In this document: piece after piece, positions 11,989-30,505 of the stretch
How the letters are laid out: every line of letters starts with the position of its first letter
How positions within the stretch are numbered: the first letter of the stretch is position 1
From: Antedon mediterranea
Taxonomy: Eukaryota; Animalia; Echinodermata
Direction: 5' to 3'
DNA length: 64,000 nt
Assembly: GCF_964355755.1 (NCBI RefSeq)
Contig: NC_092675.1
Location: 31,607,112 to 31,671,111 of the forward strand
The notes under the pieces: generated by a model
Database searches by the model: none
The model's input: only the letters and a program-made list of their open reading frames with translations
Told to the model about the DNA's origin: nothing
Position numbers and translations under genes: made by a program

Positions 11989-13980
11989 AAAGTAAAGTGA
12001 TCTTTAATTGGAAGAGGACCAGTACAATTACTTGTTTTTAATCACATGATTATAAACTATTTATTCCTCTTGTCTGTGCTCGTACAAAATAATAAAACGG
12101 TCGCTAATTGGAAGTGTATTAAAGTAAAGTGATCTTTAATTGGAAGAGGACCAGTACAATTACTTGTTTTTTATCACATGATTATAAACTATTTATTCCT
12201 CTTGTCTGTACTCATACAAAATAATAAAACGGTCGCTAAATGGAAGTGTTTAAATTGAAGTGATCTTTAATTGGAAGAGGACCAGTACAATTACTTGTTT
12301 TTTATCACATGATTATAAACTATTTCTTCTTCTTGTCTTTATTCATACAAAATAATATAACGGTCGCTAATTAGAGGTGTCTTAAAGTAAAGTGATTTTT
12401 AATTGGAAGCGGACCAGTACATTTACTTAATTTTGTCACATAATTAAACTATTAATTATTCTTACCTTTACTCATACCAATTAATAAAAATGGTCGCTAA
12501 TTAGAGGTGTCTTAAAGTAAAGTGATCTTTATTTGGAAGCGGACCAGTACAGTTACTTAATTTTGTCACATAATTAAAACTATTAATTATTATTGTCTTT
12601 ACTCATACCAATTAATATAATGGTCGCTAATTGGAGGTGTTTTAGGTAAAGTGATTTTTAATGGAAGAGGACCACTTCATTTACTTGTTTTTGTCATATA
12701 CTTAACAATTATTTATTCTTTTTGTCTTTATTAATACTAAATAATATAATGGTCGCTAATTGGAGGTTTCTTTAAGTAAAGTGATCTATAACTGGAAGAG
12801 GACTAGTACAGTTACTTAATTTTGTCACTATCATAATTAAAACTATGTATTCTTCTTGTATTTAGTCCTACCAATTAATAAAATGGTCGCTAATTAGAGG
12901 TGTCTTAAAGTAAAGTGACCTTTAATTGGAAGCGGACCAGTACATTTACTTAATTTTGTCACATAATTAAACTATTAATTATTCTTGCCTTTACTCATAC
13001 CAATTAATAAAAATGGTCACTAATTAGAGGTGTCTTAAAGTAAAGTGATCTTTAATTGGAAGCGGACCAGTCAGTACAGTTACTTAATTTTGTCACATAA
13101 TTAAAACTATTAATTATTATTGTCTTTACTCATACCAATTAATAAAATGGTCGCTAATTGGAGGTGTTTTAAGTAAAGTGGTCCTTTATTGAAAGAGGGC
13201 CAGTACAATTACTTGTTTTTTGTCACATAATTAATAACTATATATTCTTCTTGCTTTATTAATACTAAATAATATAATGGTCGCTAATTGGAGGTTTCTT
13301 TAAGTAACGTGATCTATAACTGGAAGAGGACTAGTACAGTTATTTAATTTTGTCACTATCATAATTAAAACTATGTATTCTTCTTGTATTTACTTCTACC
13401 AATTAATAAAAATGGTCGCTAATTAGAGGTGTCTTAAAGTAAAGTGACCTTTAATTGGAAGCGGACCAGTACATTTACTTAATTTTGTCACATAATTAAA
13501 CTATTAATTATTCTTGCCTTTACTCATACCAATTAATAAAAATGGTCATTAATTTGAGGTGTCTTAAAGTAAAGTGATCTTTAATTGGAAGCGGACCAGT
13601 CAGTACAGTTACTTAATTTTGTCACATAATTAAAACTATTAATTATTATTGTCTTTACTCATACCAATTAATAAAATGGTCGCTAATTGGAGGTGTTTTA
13701 AGTAAAGTGGTCCTTTATTGAAAGAGGTCCAGTACAATTACTTGTTTTTTGTCACATAATTAAAAACTATATATTCTTCTTGCTTTATTAATACTAAATA
13801 ATATAATGGTCGCTAATTGGAGGTGTTTTAGGTAAAGTGATTTTTAATTGGAAGAGGAACACTTCATTTACTTGTTTTTGTCACATACTTAACAATTATT
13901 TATTCTTCTTGTCTTTTCACATACCATATAATATAATGGTCCCTAATTGGAGGTGTTTAGGCAAAGCGATCTTTAATTAG
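11989..13980. repeat. Satellite, ~132-bp unit x ~15, with a ~530-bp (4-mer) higher-order period
   Basis: AAAGTAAAGTGATCTTTAATTGGAAG at 11989, 12121 and onward. Variant markers recur ~530 bp apart (CAGTCAGTACAG at ~13068 and ~13598). Confidence 0.9.
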
Positions 13981-15124
13981 AAAAAAAAAATTTGTTTGGC
14001 ATCATTAAGTATTATTGGTTATTAAAAGAAGACAAGACAAGTGCAGGCGTGATAAAAACAACCACCTATCATAAAACGTATGATACAGTATTTAATAGTG
14101 GACGCATTTCAATCCATGGGTCAGACATTATTAAACGGGCCGGACAGCATTAAATTGTTGAAAAACGCCCACGAACCCGTTGAAACATGCAACTGGACAC
14201 TATCCAATGCTGAAAAGTGTCCACCCGGACACTTTTGAATGCTGGACACAATTCAATCTTACACCGGCTCTGACACCGTATAAATAAAGAGTTACGACAT
14301 TGAAAATTAGAAGCCATTTTTGTGTCAAAGAATTCGCACGCTGAAGGCGCGCGCGTTTCTTTTGTTTAGCGTTTTCCTATAGTTCATGCATTATTTTTAG
14401 ATTTTTTTGTCTATGAAATAACGCTTGTATTCCGTTTTTATTTTAGTAATTAATTTTATTAATGGTATTAATTTGGTAAACATATATATATTGTGTCTAT
14501 AATAACAAAAGAATAAATGCTAGGGCCTACAGGCAAGTCAGGATACATCAAAGCATGAACCAATACAAAAAACACACACATTCACCTCTCTTTTTATACA
14601 TGGCTCTCTGTACTGTGTGTTTTTGACACAAACTTTCAGAGACTCGTTCATCATTTCATTTGTAATAATTTGCCTTTTTATTTTAATATTGTTCATACCC
14701 TATTCAATATATTAACAAATATATCCACGATACTTTATTATTTTATTTAGTCATCAAAGCATGCATTATGAATTGAAAATATTACATAATTGTTATTAAT
14801 AATAGGACGTAGTCCCCGTAGTTATGGGATGTTTCGTTCCAAAATCAATCAATCGAACTTTATAATGTACTAGCGCACGCGCGCGCAATATTCTTTGCCG
14901 CAAGTACTTCTGTACGCTGTGCACATCGATATTTCACCGTAAAATGTGCAATTACATTTTTTTAAATATAAGAAAAAGTTTAAAGTATTTTCTTGCTCCT
15001 ATACTTTACATGCAATAACGGAGACAAGTTTGACACAAATTGATCTGCATATCACGTGGCTATAATCCAATGTCGTAACTCTTTATATATATGGCTCTGA
15101 CCGTAAAGATTGTATAGCGCCGCT

Positions 15125-15308
15125 TAAGCTTGGTTCCCACTAGAACGTAACGCAAGGACGTAAACGCAACGCAAGCGTTTTAACCAATGACAAGCGAAGT
15201 TATAGACAGTTAGCAATCACAAGCGAATAAGTCATCGCTTGTGATTGGTCAATTCACTTGCGTTGCGTTACGTCCTTGTGTTGCGTCGCTAGTGGGAACC
15301 ACGCTTTA
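15125..15308. mobile_element. Palindromic MITE (PIF/Harbinger-like, TAA/TTA flanks)
   Basis: GCTTGGTTCCCACTAG..AACGCAAG / CTTGCGTT..CTAGTGGGAACCACGC. Confidence 0.7.
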
Positions 15309-17241
15309 GCAGTGCTATACAAATTGTTTTCATGATGGAAAAAAAAGTGGGATGAACCCACATAAGACAAAAAAACTAAATTACAAGAAAACATTATTTA
15401 AAAAAATATCAACAGAATAGAAGGCATGCGTCAACAACACAAACGTGGCCACAAACTTTTTTTATTATTTCTGTACAAATTTGGTTTTTGTTTATTTAAA
15501 TTTAATTAAATGGCAATCATCAATATGCCTCTAAAATGTAATTAAAACTGCCCTGCACTGCAAAAATTGTTAATGTATAATATACAATTCACAATTACAA
15601 TATTTAAACAAAAGAAGAGGGTTCTTCTTGGCATCCATAGGCATACACACAGACCAGTTGAACGTTCAGGAACAATTAAGATATACACAATTAATTTTAA
15701 ATAAAATATGTACATAATGGTAAAATCGAGGGCGAGACATTCCTCCTGGAATGGAAAGGCCTTTACTCACTGATGACGTCTTAACGACGGTGCGTATTCC
15801 ATGGTTTTAAGCGCACAAAAGTGTCCCACCACAGAAGTATACCAGTATTATATACAAAAGAGGAGGGACACCGTTCGTCTTTGGTCTTCCGGAGGAAATA
15901 AACCGCGAAGAGCGACTCTTTGTATAATAATTTTAATTACTAATTAATATAATTTCTTTAGTTTCTTAATATAGTTTTGGGAGTTTAATTCAGTATTTTT
16001 ATAGAGCGCATTAGTTCTAAATATTTGTCCGTGAATATCGATATGGAAGTTATGGAAAATGTATACACATTTTCGTTGAATTTCTAATTGTGTTTTTGCG
16101 CATCCCAACATTTACGCCGAGTATACCGGAAGATCAATCCCATACTCACCATTAGTTAAATCTGAAACGTCTACCAATTATGACGTCTGTTTTCACTGAA
16201 TCAACAACAAACATAACAATGAGAGGCAACATTGTCTGGCATTATTGCCAATTGCTGCCTCTCATCATTCCTACTACCAAACTGATTATAATCAACCCTA
16301 CCAGAGCGCGCATCAACGTGACATTTTTAACGAATTTCCATCTGACACCTCCACAAAAATTACCCTCAAAAGCACCAAAACACAAGTGCTTTAATTATCA
16401 GAAACGCATTATAGCATAATTTCCGACAAGCATATGCATTGGCCACAATTTGTTGATACAACTCAGTCAAGGTGTAGGCATACTATATGTTCTTACATTA
16501 CAAGAGTGACGTGTAATCTCAGTCAGATTGTTGCCTTGGTCAGATGTCGCGCGCACCCATCCCACCGTTTCGAATAATAAACGCCCCGCTTGGAATAATT
16601 GATACTTGTATTTTATCTTTTGTTATTAATAAATGTATGTTTATATCGAAGGAATTGACTATCGGGATCCGCCACTGGTCAATCAGCATTATAAAAATCT
16701 TCATTAATAAATTAAATGAACCAAACCATACACAAAATCTAAACAGATCAATCCAGATTAAGCCAAATTCAAATAATGTTTAACATTAATCGTGTATAAA
16801 ATAATCCCATGATTATGACTCATGACAATGAGTTTAAGATCTATGGTCATTAGGTCTGCTGTATTTTATATTGCTTGTTCAGTTGTTGTTGTTAGTTCCA
16901 AGTTGTTCACGAATATATAGGCCTATGTGTATTGTTTTGCTTGTGTTTCTCTGCCAAGAAAAAAGTACATGATTATACTGTACTATATGAATGACTTAAT
17001 AAATAGAATCTGGTAGGACTAGGAGGATAATAAAGTTTGGGTTTTCGTTGCATTTGTGTGTGAGGGCGGGATTGCATACTGGAGTAAACTATTTTGTTTT
17101 AACAAACACGCATTTTATCACGAGATCATCGATTCGATCTGCGTCGTCGATCGTCTCCTCTGGCTGCTGGCTGATGCTGCTGATCAACTCTGAAAACTAG
17201 GCCTAGCTAGGAGACAGTAGTACGAATTAATTTAATTTATC

Positions 17242-22392
<5,151 letters not shown>

Positions 22393-23957
22393 AGTGAAGA
22401 GCAAACATGATATTACTTTTTGGATTTGTGCACTGTTCACATAAATAATCCAACAATTCTGGAATGGTGCAGTATGTGTCTAGTCTAATTGGTTAAATAA
22501 TAGTTATATATATATATATATAGTTATTAATTGTTGTCTACCCTGTGTGATGTCATTGAATGGAGTAGGATAGCGGTTGTGTGGTTTAATTAACCTATAA
22601 TGAACAGTGTCAGGAGGGAAACAGACATTGAAGCTGTTCTCTTTGGGTGTACATCATTGTGACACTATAAAACAAATAATGAATCGTTTTTATTCAACCT
22701 ATAGACATGCTATAATATAGGCTTCCATGTTTTGTAAATTGGCATCTAGGGTAGATGTAATATTATTAATAATGGTCAAAATACATCTTAGTCACAATAT
22801 ATCTTAGTTGGTTATTCATGTTTTTAAATATTATTACTTCAGTTGGTGTTTATCTCTTTGAACTGTAAATTAAACAAGTACAGTAAATAGTTATAGAATA
22901 TAAGTTGTATAATAATTAATTATTTTCAAGATTAGTATTGTAAAATAATGATACCAGCATTACTGTATCATAATACATTACCAATAGGAAAACTGATATT
23001 ATGTGTATATTATGATAATATATTGATTCATATTTAATTGTTAGACCTACTCGTTATTGTAACCAATCATTTCGTGAATGTGATCGATTTAAACATGACC
23101 AAAATGATCATAAACCACAATTAGTGAACAAAACTCCAATAGTCACTCTAAGAGTATACATAGTTATATATTATTATCATGGAGCTATACAATTATATCT
23201 AACTCCATGTTATGTATTTTAACTCAGATATGTGCCAAGGTTGGTACTTTGAGTAATGTTAATAATAAACTAAAGCTGGCTGTAGGTGTGTAGTAAATTA
23301 TTTCAAGGGAAATGGGAGTTGTCTGGTGAATTCTAGCATAATTTAGCCTAACAAGACAGACACCAAATTAAATGTCGACTTTTAAAAATCATGTTGAAAT
23401 ACAAGGTATTTATAGACCTTTATAGTGAACTTAACTGAAGTCCTGTCTATCATTACATCATCATTTGAAAGACGGTAGTCATGGCTTTGCTTAAATATGC
23501 GATTCTTGGAGAGAGTGCTATGTTTTGACGAAATATGTGAATAAAATATGTAATTTATGGACAAAATAACACACGGACTTGAATCAGGTCTAAGATCAAA
23601 TGTTTCCGACAGAACGTGGACTGCGTTGCTAAATAAGCAAAGACTTCTTATCGGTGCTGCTTGCATTTGAGCTGCCCAGTGTAACGTTACGAAACAACAT
23701 TCAAATTTAGTGACTTCTATTTTATATCACTGTGCTCCAATGGTGCCAGATTGGGTCCGCTTGAACATAGTGTATTAACATATGAAAAAATAGTAACTTT
23801 TTATTTTATATTACTGTGGTCCACTGGTGCCAAATTGGGTCCTGGTGAGCAGTTACAGTACATGCAGTACTATTTCTATTTGAGAAGTCAATAAAGGCAT
23901 AAGTGGCGTTCCGTAGAAGTAGAGAATGTGCATGCTGTATCCATTTATGAGGTATAT

Positions 23958-24795
23958 CAAAGAATATATATCACAAGAATGAGTATTCCGCGATTTTTGC
24001 ATGAGAAATTTGTAACAGAGAGCTCCAGTGAGTGATGCCCGCCCTCATAAGGGCGGATGTATACATACTAAATAAGACTTGATTTAATAGATATTATACA
24101 TGTCACATTAAATAGAATTATGATAATAGTTTTTGCAATTGTAAACTATTTTATAATACATATTTATTAACAAATAGTGTACATTCACTTTTACAGACAA
24201 TTATTTACTAACATGCTAAGTTAGTTCACAAAAAAGGCCTAACACAGCAACACCAAAAATCAATGAATCGTTACTCAGCACGGCCTATTCTTTACCATTG
24301 CCGTGTACTACTCTACGCCCGGTAAATTAAGTATTGTTTTTATGATATAAATTAGTATAAAATACATGTTATTAATAGGACAAAATGTTAAATGTTATTA
24401 ACATGTATTTGTTTTACCAGAAACAAATTAAATATAGGAATATTATTAAACAATCCTTCGTGAAAACGCGTAAACACCAACACGCCCGGTCACGCTATCG
24501 TAGCGCCCGGTTGATAAAGCAAACTGTTTATACGGCAGTTTTTACTAAATAAATTGCATAAAACGAACAATTAAATATCCAAATAGTATTTAACATGATG
24601 TTGGCATGTAGTTGATAACATTTTTTATCATGAAAATACTACCGGTGGTCTAGCCTTTGATTATTGAAATCGTCACAAAAAGTTGTATACATCCCAGATA
24701 CATCTACACTTATGGCGGCGCCCTACCACATGGACAATAATATTACTGTTACAGGGAAAATCGCGGATTACTCATTCTTGTGATTATATTCTTTG
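23958..24795. mobile_element. P-element-like MITE (uninterrupted copy)
   Basis: TIR CAAAGAATATATATCACAAGAATGAG and a perfect 7-bp TSD GGTATAT (23951-23957, 24796-24802). Confidence 0.85.
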
Positions 24796-24909
24796 GGTAT
24801 ATTCAGAGCGTCATTTCGGAGCATTTCGACGATCGAGCATTCTCTACTTCTACGGAGCGCCATTTATGCCTTTATTTATTTACGAAATAGAAATAGTACT
24901 TCGGTAGCT

Positions 24910-27900
24910 GCTCCAGTGGACCAAATTTAGCACTAGTGGAGCGCAGTGATAAAATAGAAATAAGTCACTAATTTTAATATCTTTTCGTATGTTAATACAC
25001 TGTGCTCAAGTGGACACAATTTGGCGCCAGTGAGGAGCACAGTGATATAAAATAGAAATAAGTCACTGAATTTTAATATCTTTTCGTATGTTAATAACAC
25101 TGTGCTCAAGTGGACCTAATTTGGAGCCAGGGGAGCACAATGATATAAAATAGAAATAAATCACTGAATTTTAATATCTTTTTTGTATGTTAATACACTG
25201 TGCTCAAGTGGACCCAATTTTGAGCCAGGGGAGCACAATGATATAAAATAGAAATAAATCACTGAATTTTAATATCTTTTTTGTATGTTAATACACTGTG
25301 CTCAAGTGGACCTAATTTGGCGCCAGTGGAGCACAGTGATATGAAATAGAAATAAGTCACTGAATTTTAATATCTTTTCGTATCTGTGCTTAAGTGGACC
25401 CAATTTGGAGCCAGTGGAAAACAGTGATATAAAATAGAAATAAGTCACTGAATGTTAATATATTTTCGTATGTTAATACACTGTGCTCAAGTGGACCTAA
25501 TTTGGCGCCAGTGGAGCACAGTGATATGAAATAGAAATAAGTCACTGAATTTTAATATCTTTTCGTATGTTATTACACTGTGCTCAAGTGGACTCAATTT
25601 GGAGGCAGGGGAGCACAGTGATATAAAATAGAAATAAGTCACTGAATTTTAATATCTTTTCGTATGTTAATACACTGTGCTTAAGTGGACCCAATTTGGA
25701 GCCAGTGGAGCACAGTGATATAAAATAGAAATAAGTCACTGAATTTTAATATCTTTTCGTATGTTAATACACTGTGCTCAAGTGGACCCAATTTGGAGCC
25801 AGGAGAGCACAGTGATATAAAATAGAAATAAGTCACTGAATTTTAATATATTTTCGTATGTTAATACACTGTGCTCAAGTGGACCTAATTTGGCGCCAGT
25901 GGAGCACAGTGATATGAAATAGAAATAAGTCACTGAATTTTAATATCTTTTTGTATGTTATTACACTGTGCTCAAGTGGACCCAATTTGGAGCCAGGGGA
26001 GCACAGTGATATAAAATAGAAATAAGTCACTGAATGTTAATATCTTTTCGTATGTTAATACACTGTGCTCAAGAAGTGGACCCAATTTGGAGCCAGTGTA
26101 AAACAGTGATAAAAAATAGAAATAAGTCACTGAATTTTAATATCTTTTTGTATGTTAATACACTGTGCTCAAGTAGACCCAATTTGGAGCCAGGAGAGCA
26201 CAGTGATATAAAATAGAAATAAGTCACTGAATGTTAATATATTTTCGTATGTTAATACACTGTGCTCAAGTGGACCTAATTTGGCGCCAGTGGAGCACAG
26301 TGATATGAAATAGAAATAAGTCACTAAATTTTAATATCTTTTCGTATGTTATTACACTGTGCTCAAGTGGACTCAATTTGGAGCCAGGGGAGCACAGTGA
26401 TATAAAATAGAAATAAGTCACTGAATGTTAATATCTTTTCGTATGTTAATACACTGTGCTCAAGAAGTGGACCCAATTTGGAGCCAGTGGAAAACAGTGA
26501 TAAAAAATAGAAATAAGTCACTGAATGTTAATATCTTTTCGTATGTTAATACACTGTGCTCAAGTGGACCCAATTTGGAGCCAGTGGAGCACAGTGATAT
26601 AAATAGAAATAAGTCACTGAATTTTAATATCTTTTCGTATGTTAATACACTGTGCTCAAGTGGACCCAATTTGGAGCCAGTGGAGCACAGTGATATAAAA
26701 TAGAAAAAAGTCACTGAATTTTAATATCTTTTCGTATGTTAATACACTGTGCTCAAGTGGACCCAATTTGGCGCCAGGAGAGCACAGTGATATAAAATAG
26801 AAATAAGTCATTGAATGTTAATATATTTTCGTATGTTAATACACTGTGCTCAAGTGGACCCAATTTGGAGCCAGGGGAGCACAGTGATATAAAATAGAAA
26901 TAAGTCACTGAATGTTAATATCTTTTCGTATGTTAATACACTGTGCTCAAGAAGTGGACCCAATTTGGAGCCAGTGTAAAACAGTGATAAAAAATAGAAA
27001 TAAGTCACTGAATTTTAATATCTTTTTGTATGTTAATACACTGTGCTCAAGTAGACCCAATTTGGAGCCAGGAGAGCACAGTGATATAAAATAGAAATAA
27101 GTCACTGAATGTTAATATATTTTCGTATGTTAATACACTGTGCTCAAGTGGACCTAATTTGGCGCCAGTGGAGCACAGTGATATGAAATAGAAATAAGTC
27201 ACTAAATTTTAATATCTTTTCGTATGTTATTACACTGTGCTCAAGTGGACTCAATTTGGAGCCAGGGGAGCACAGTGATATAAAATAGAAATAAGTCACT
27301 GAATGTTAATATCTTTTCGTATGTTAATACACTGTGCTCAAGAAGTGGACCCAATTTGGAGCCAGTGGAAAACAGTGATAAAAAATAGAAATAAGTCACT
27401 GAATGTTAATATCTTTTCGTATGTTAATACACTGTGCTCAAGTGGACCCAATTTGGAGCCAGTGGAGCACAGTGATATAAATAGAAATAAGTCACTGAAT
27501 TTTAATATCTTTTCGTATGTTAATACACTGTGCTCAAGTGGACCCAATTTGGAGCCAGTGGAGCACAGTGATATAAAATAGAAAAAAGTCACTGAATTTT
27601 AATATCTTTTCGTATGTTAATACACTGTGCTCAAGTGGACCCAATTTGGCGCCAGGAGAGCACAGTGATATAAAATAGAAATAAGTCATTGAATGTTAAT
27701 ATATTTTCGTATGTTAATACACTGTGCTCAAGTGGACCCAATTTGGAGCCAGGGGAGCACAGTGATATAAAATAGAAATAAGTCACTGAATGTTAATATC
27801 TTTTCGTATGTTAATACACTGTGCTCAAGAAGTGGACCCAATTTGGAGCCAGTGTAAAACAGTGATAAAAAATAGAAATAAGTCACTGAATTTTAATATC

Positions 27901-28940
27901 TTTTTGTATGTTAATACACTGTGCTCAAGTAGACCCAATTTGGAGCCAGGAGAGCACAGTGATATAAAATAGAAATAAGTCACTGAATGTTAATATATTT
28001 TCGTATGTTAATACACTGTGCTCAAGTGGACCTAATTTGGCGCCAGTGGAGCACAGTGATATGAAATAGAAATAAGTCACTAAATTTTAATATCTTTTCG
28101 TATGTTATTACACTGTGCTCAAGTGGACTCAATTTGGAGCCAGGGGAGCACAGTGATATAAAATAGAAATAAGTCACTGAATGTTAATATCTTTTCGTAT
28201 GTTAATACACTGTGCTCAAGAAGTGGACCCAATTTGGAGCCAGTGGAAAACAGTGATAAAAAATAGAAATAAGTCACTGAATGTTAATATCTTTTCGTAT
28301 GTTAATACACTGTGCTCAAGTGGACCCAATTTGGAGCCAGTGGAGCACAGTGATATAAATAGAAATAAGTCACTGAATTTTAATATCTTTTCGTATGTTA
28401 ATACACTGTGCTCAAGTGGACCCAATTTGGAGCCAGTGGAGCACAGTGATATAAAATAGAAAAAAGTCACTGAATTTTAATATCTTTTCGTATGTTAATA
28501 CACTGTGCTCAAGTGGACCCAATTTGGCGCCAGGAGAGCACAGTGATATAAAATAGAAATAAGTCATTGAATGTTAATATATTTTCGTATGTTAATACAC
28601 TGTGCTCAAGTGGACCTAATTTGGCGCCAGTGGAGCACAGTGATATAAAATGGAAAAAGTCACTGAATTTTAATATCTTTTCGTATTTAATATACACTAT
28701 GCTCAAGTGGACCCGATTTGGAGCCAGGGGAGCACTGTGATATAAAAATAGAAATAAGTCACTGAATTTTAATATCTTTTCGTATGTTAATACACTGTGC
28801 TTACGTGGACCCAATTTGGCGCGCGCGCCAGTGAGCACAGTAATATAAAATAGAAAAAAGTCACTAAATTTTAATATCTTTTCGTATGTTAATACACTGT
28901 GCTCAAGTGGACCCAATTTGGCACCAATGGGAGCACAGGG
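24910..28940. repeat. Satellite, ~97-bp unit x ~41, with an 878-bp (9-mer) higher-order repeat
   Basis: Identical ORF-track peptides at 26034/26912/27790 and 26425/27303/28181 give period 878. Each unit contains the CACTGTGCTC...GAGCACAGTG inverted repeat. Confidence 0.95.
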
Positions 28941-30505
28941 AAATAGTCACATTCAAAAACATCGGGAAAAAATACTGGAATTTAAAAATATTTCAAACTT
29001 GGTATATACTGTATGTTCAATATCGGTTACTCCATCCGTAAACCAAAAGAAAAAATAGTTTCAAGCCACATCAGTGATTTTAATAAATTGCGTTCGCTTA
29101 AGATAATACTTATGAAAAAACGTACAATTCCGACACATAGGCCTATTATGTTAAACTCTAATAATGATTTTGACAATAAAAAAACGGTTAGGAATTCGAC
29201 TTTTTCCCTGTAAATTGAGCAACTTAAATTAAAAATATACCAAGAAATATATATTGAAATCAAGGAGTATTTTTTTGTTACAAAATAAATGTTCGTATGT
29301 TAATACTGTGCTCCAGTGGATCCAATTTGGCGCCAGTGGAGCACAGGGAAATAGTCACATACAAAAACATCAAGAAGAAATACTTCTGGATTTCAAAAAT
29401 ATTTCAAACTTGGTACGTATATATAAGTTCAATATCGGTTACTCCATCCGTGATGCAAAAGAAAAATTTGTTTTAAGCCACATTAGTGATTTTAATAACT
29501 TGTGTTTGTCTAAGATAAATACTTATGAAAGAACATACAATTCCAACACATAAACTTAGCGATTAAAAAAAAGACATATTGAACGTGTAGTAACCTATTG
29601 AACGTATACTACCAAATTTCAAATGTGTAGGACAATTATTTTATGACGATCAAAATTTAAAGTTTAAAAAATCCTTAGTCGCATTTTTATCCGAATTATT
29701 ACTCATTTTGTTTGTACTGTATTTTGACATGTTAAAATATGTTAAATGCATATCGCCGCAAATTACTCAATTATTATTTTTATGTTGGGTCTGATATGTT
29801 CGTTTTATTTATGCACCTGTGTTCTTAAGACATGACCTGAGCTCCATGATAAAACATTTAATTACTCCTGTGTTGTATTAAAAACCAATCAAATGAAGAC
29901 GACAAAGTTTTATTAAATTTATTTTTTTTTATCACTAATTTTCTTCTTGATTCTGCTTGTATTGATGTGTGAGTTCCTGATATTCCTCTTTGTTCCTTAG
30001 GTCACCTAAGCAATGGAAGGAAAAACGTTTTAATTAAATTTCTTTTTTTTTCTTAGCATTTCTATTTCTTTTTTCATAGCCAAACTAGTAATACGTCTGT
30101 ACTAAGAGAGTATTAATTTAACTGTGTCACTGACAGTTGAATTTGTTTTTCGCCAAGACTCCATGATATAACTAAACTGGAATGGAAACAACAAATCTAA
30201 TAAATGCAAATTGTAGTGGAATAACGTTAAGAATGATAACACTGTACTGGTAGTAATCGTCATAAAAAATACTATACATACTATACAACAAAGCATGAGA
30301 TGTGCGATAACTAATAGCAAAAACAATAGCACGGTCTAATATATGCGTGAATGGCGCGCCATAGTAATCTGTTGTAGCCGAAACTGTCTGTGGCCGAAAC
30401 GGTCATATATGCCTCTGAATATACCTCCATTATATCGTGGACCGATCAAAAATGACGTTCTGAATTTATAATACCTCTCTTTTGTTGCTTGCGAAACGTG
30501 AAATC

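Larger units (their letters stand above)
9547..14272. mobile_element. hAT-like non-autonomous element containing a satellite and LINE relics
   Basis: CAGAG..GCCGGTGTAAGA / TCTTACACCGGCTCTG ends with ~70 bp of imperfect inverted similarity. ACACCGTA at 9537-9544 and 14273-14280 is an 8-bp TSD candidate, offset by 2 bp on the left. Confidence 0.55.
9413..14505. mobile_element. Non-autonomous TIR element (outer layer of a nest)
   Basis: ~40-bp inverted repeats TTATTATAGACACAATATATATATGTTACCAAATTAATAC (9413-9452) and 14465-14505. Confidence 0.6.
23705..28940. mobile_element. Foldback-like element whose right arm has expanded into a satellite
   Basis: Inverted arms 23866-~23935 and ~24835-24900. 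About two satellite-like units in inverted orientation lie at 23705-23850. Confidence 0.5.

Noticed and set aside
15770-15795. CTGATGA followed by a CGTC/GACG stem as a hammerhead
   Set aside because: No GAAA after stem II.
24910-28940. CRISPR-like array of palindromic repeats
   Set aside because: No unique spacers (whole units repeat), no cas genes, and a eukaryotic context; it is a satellite.
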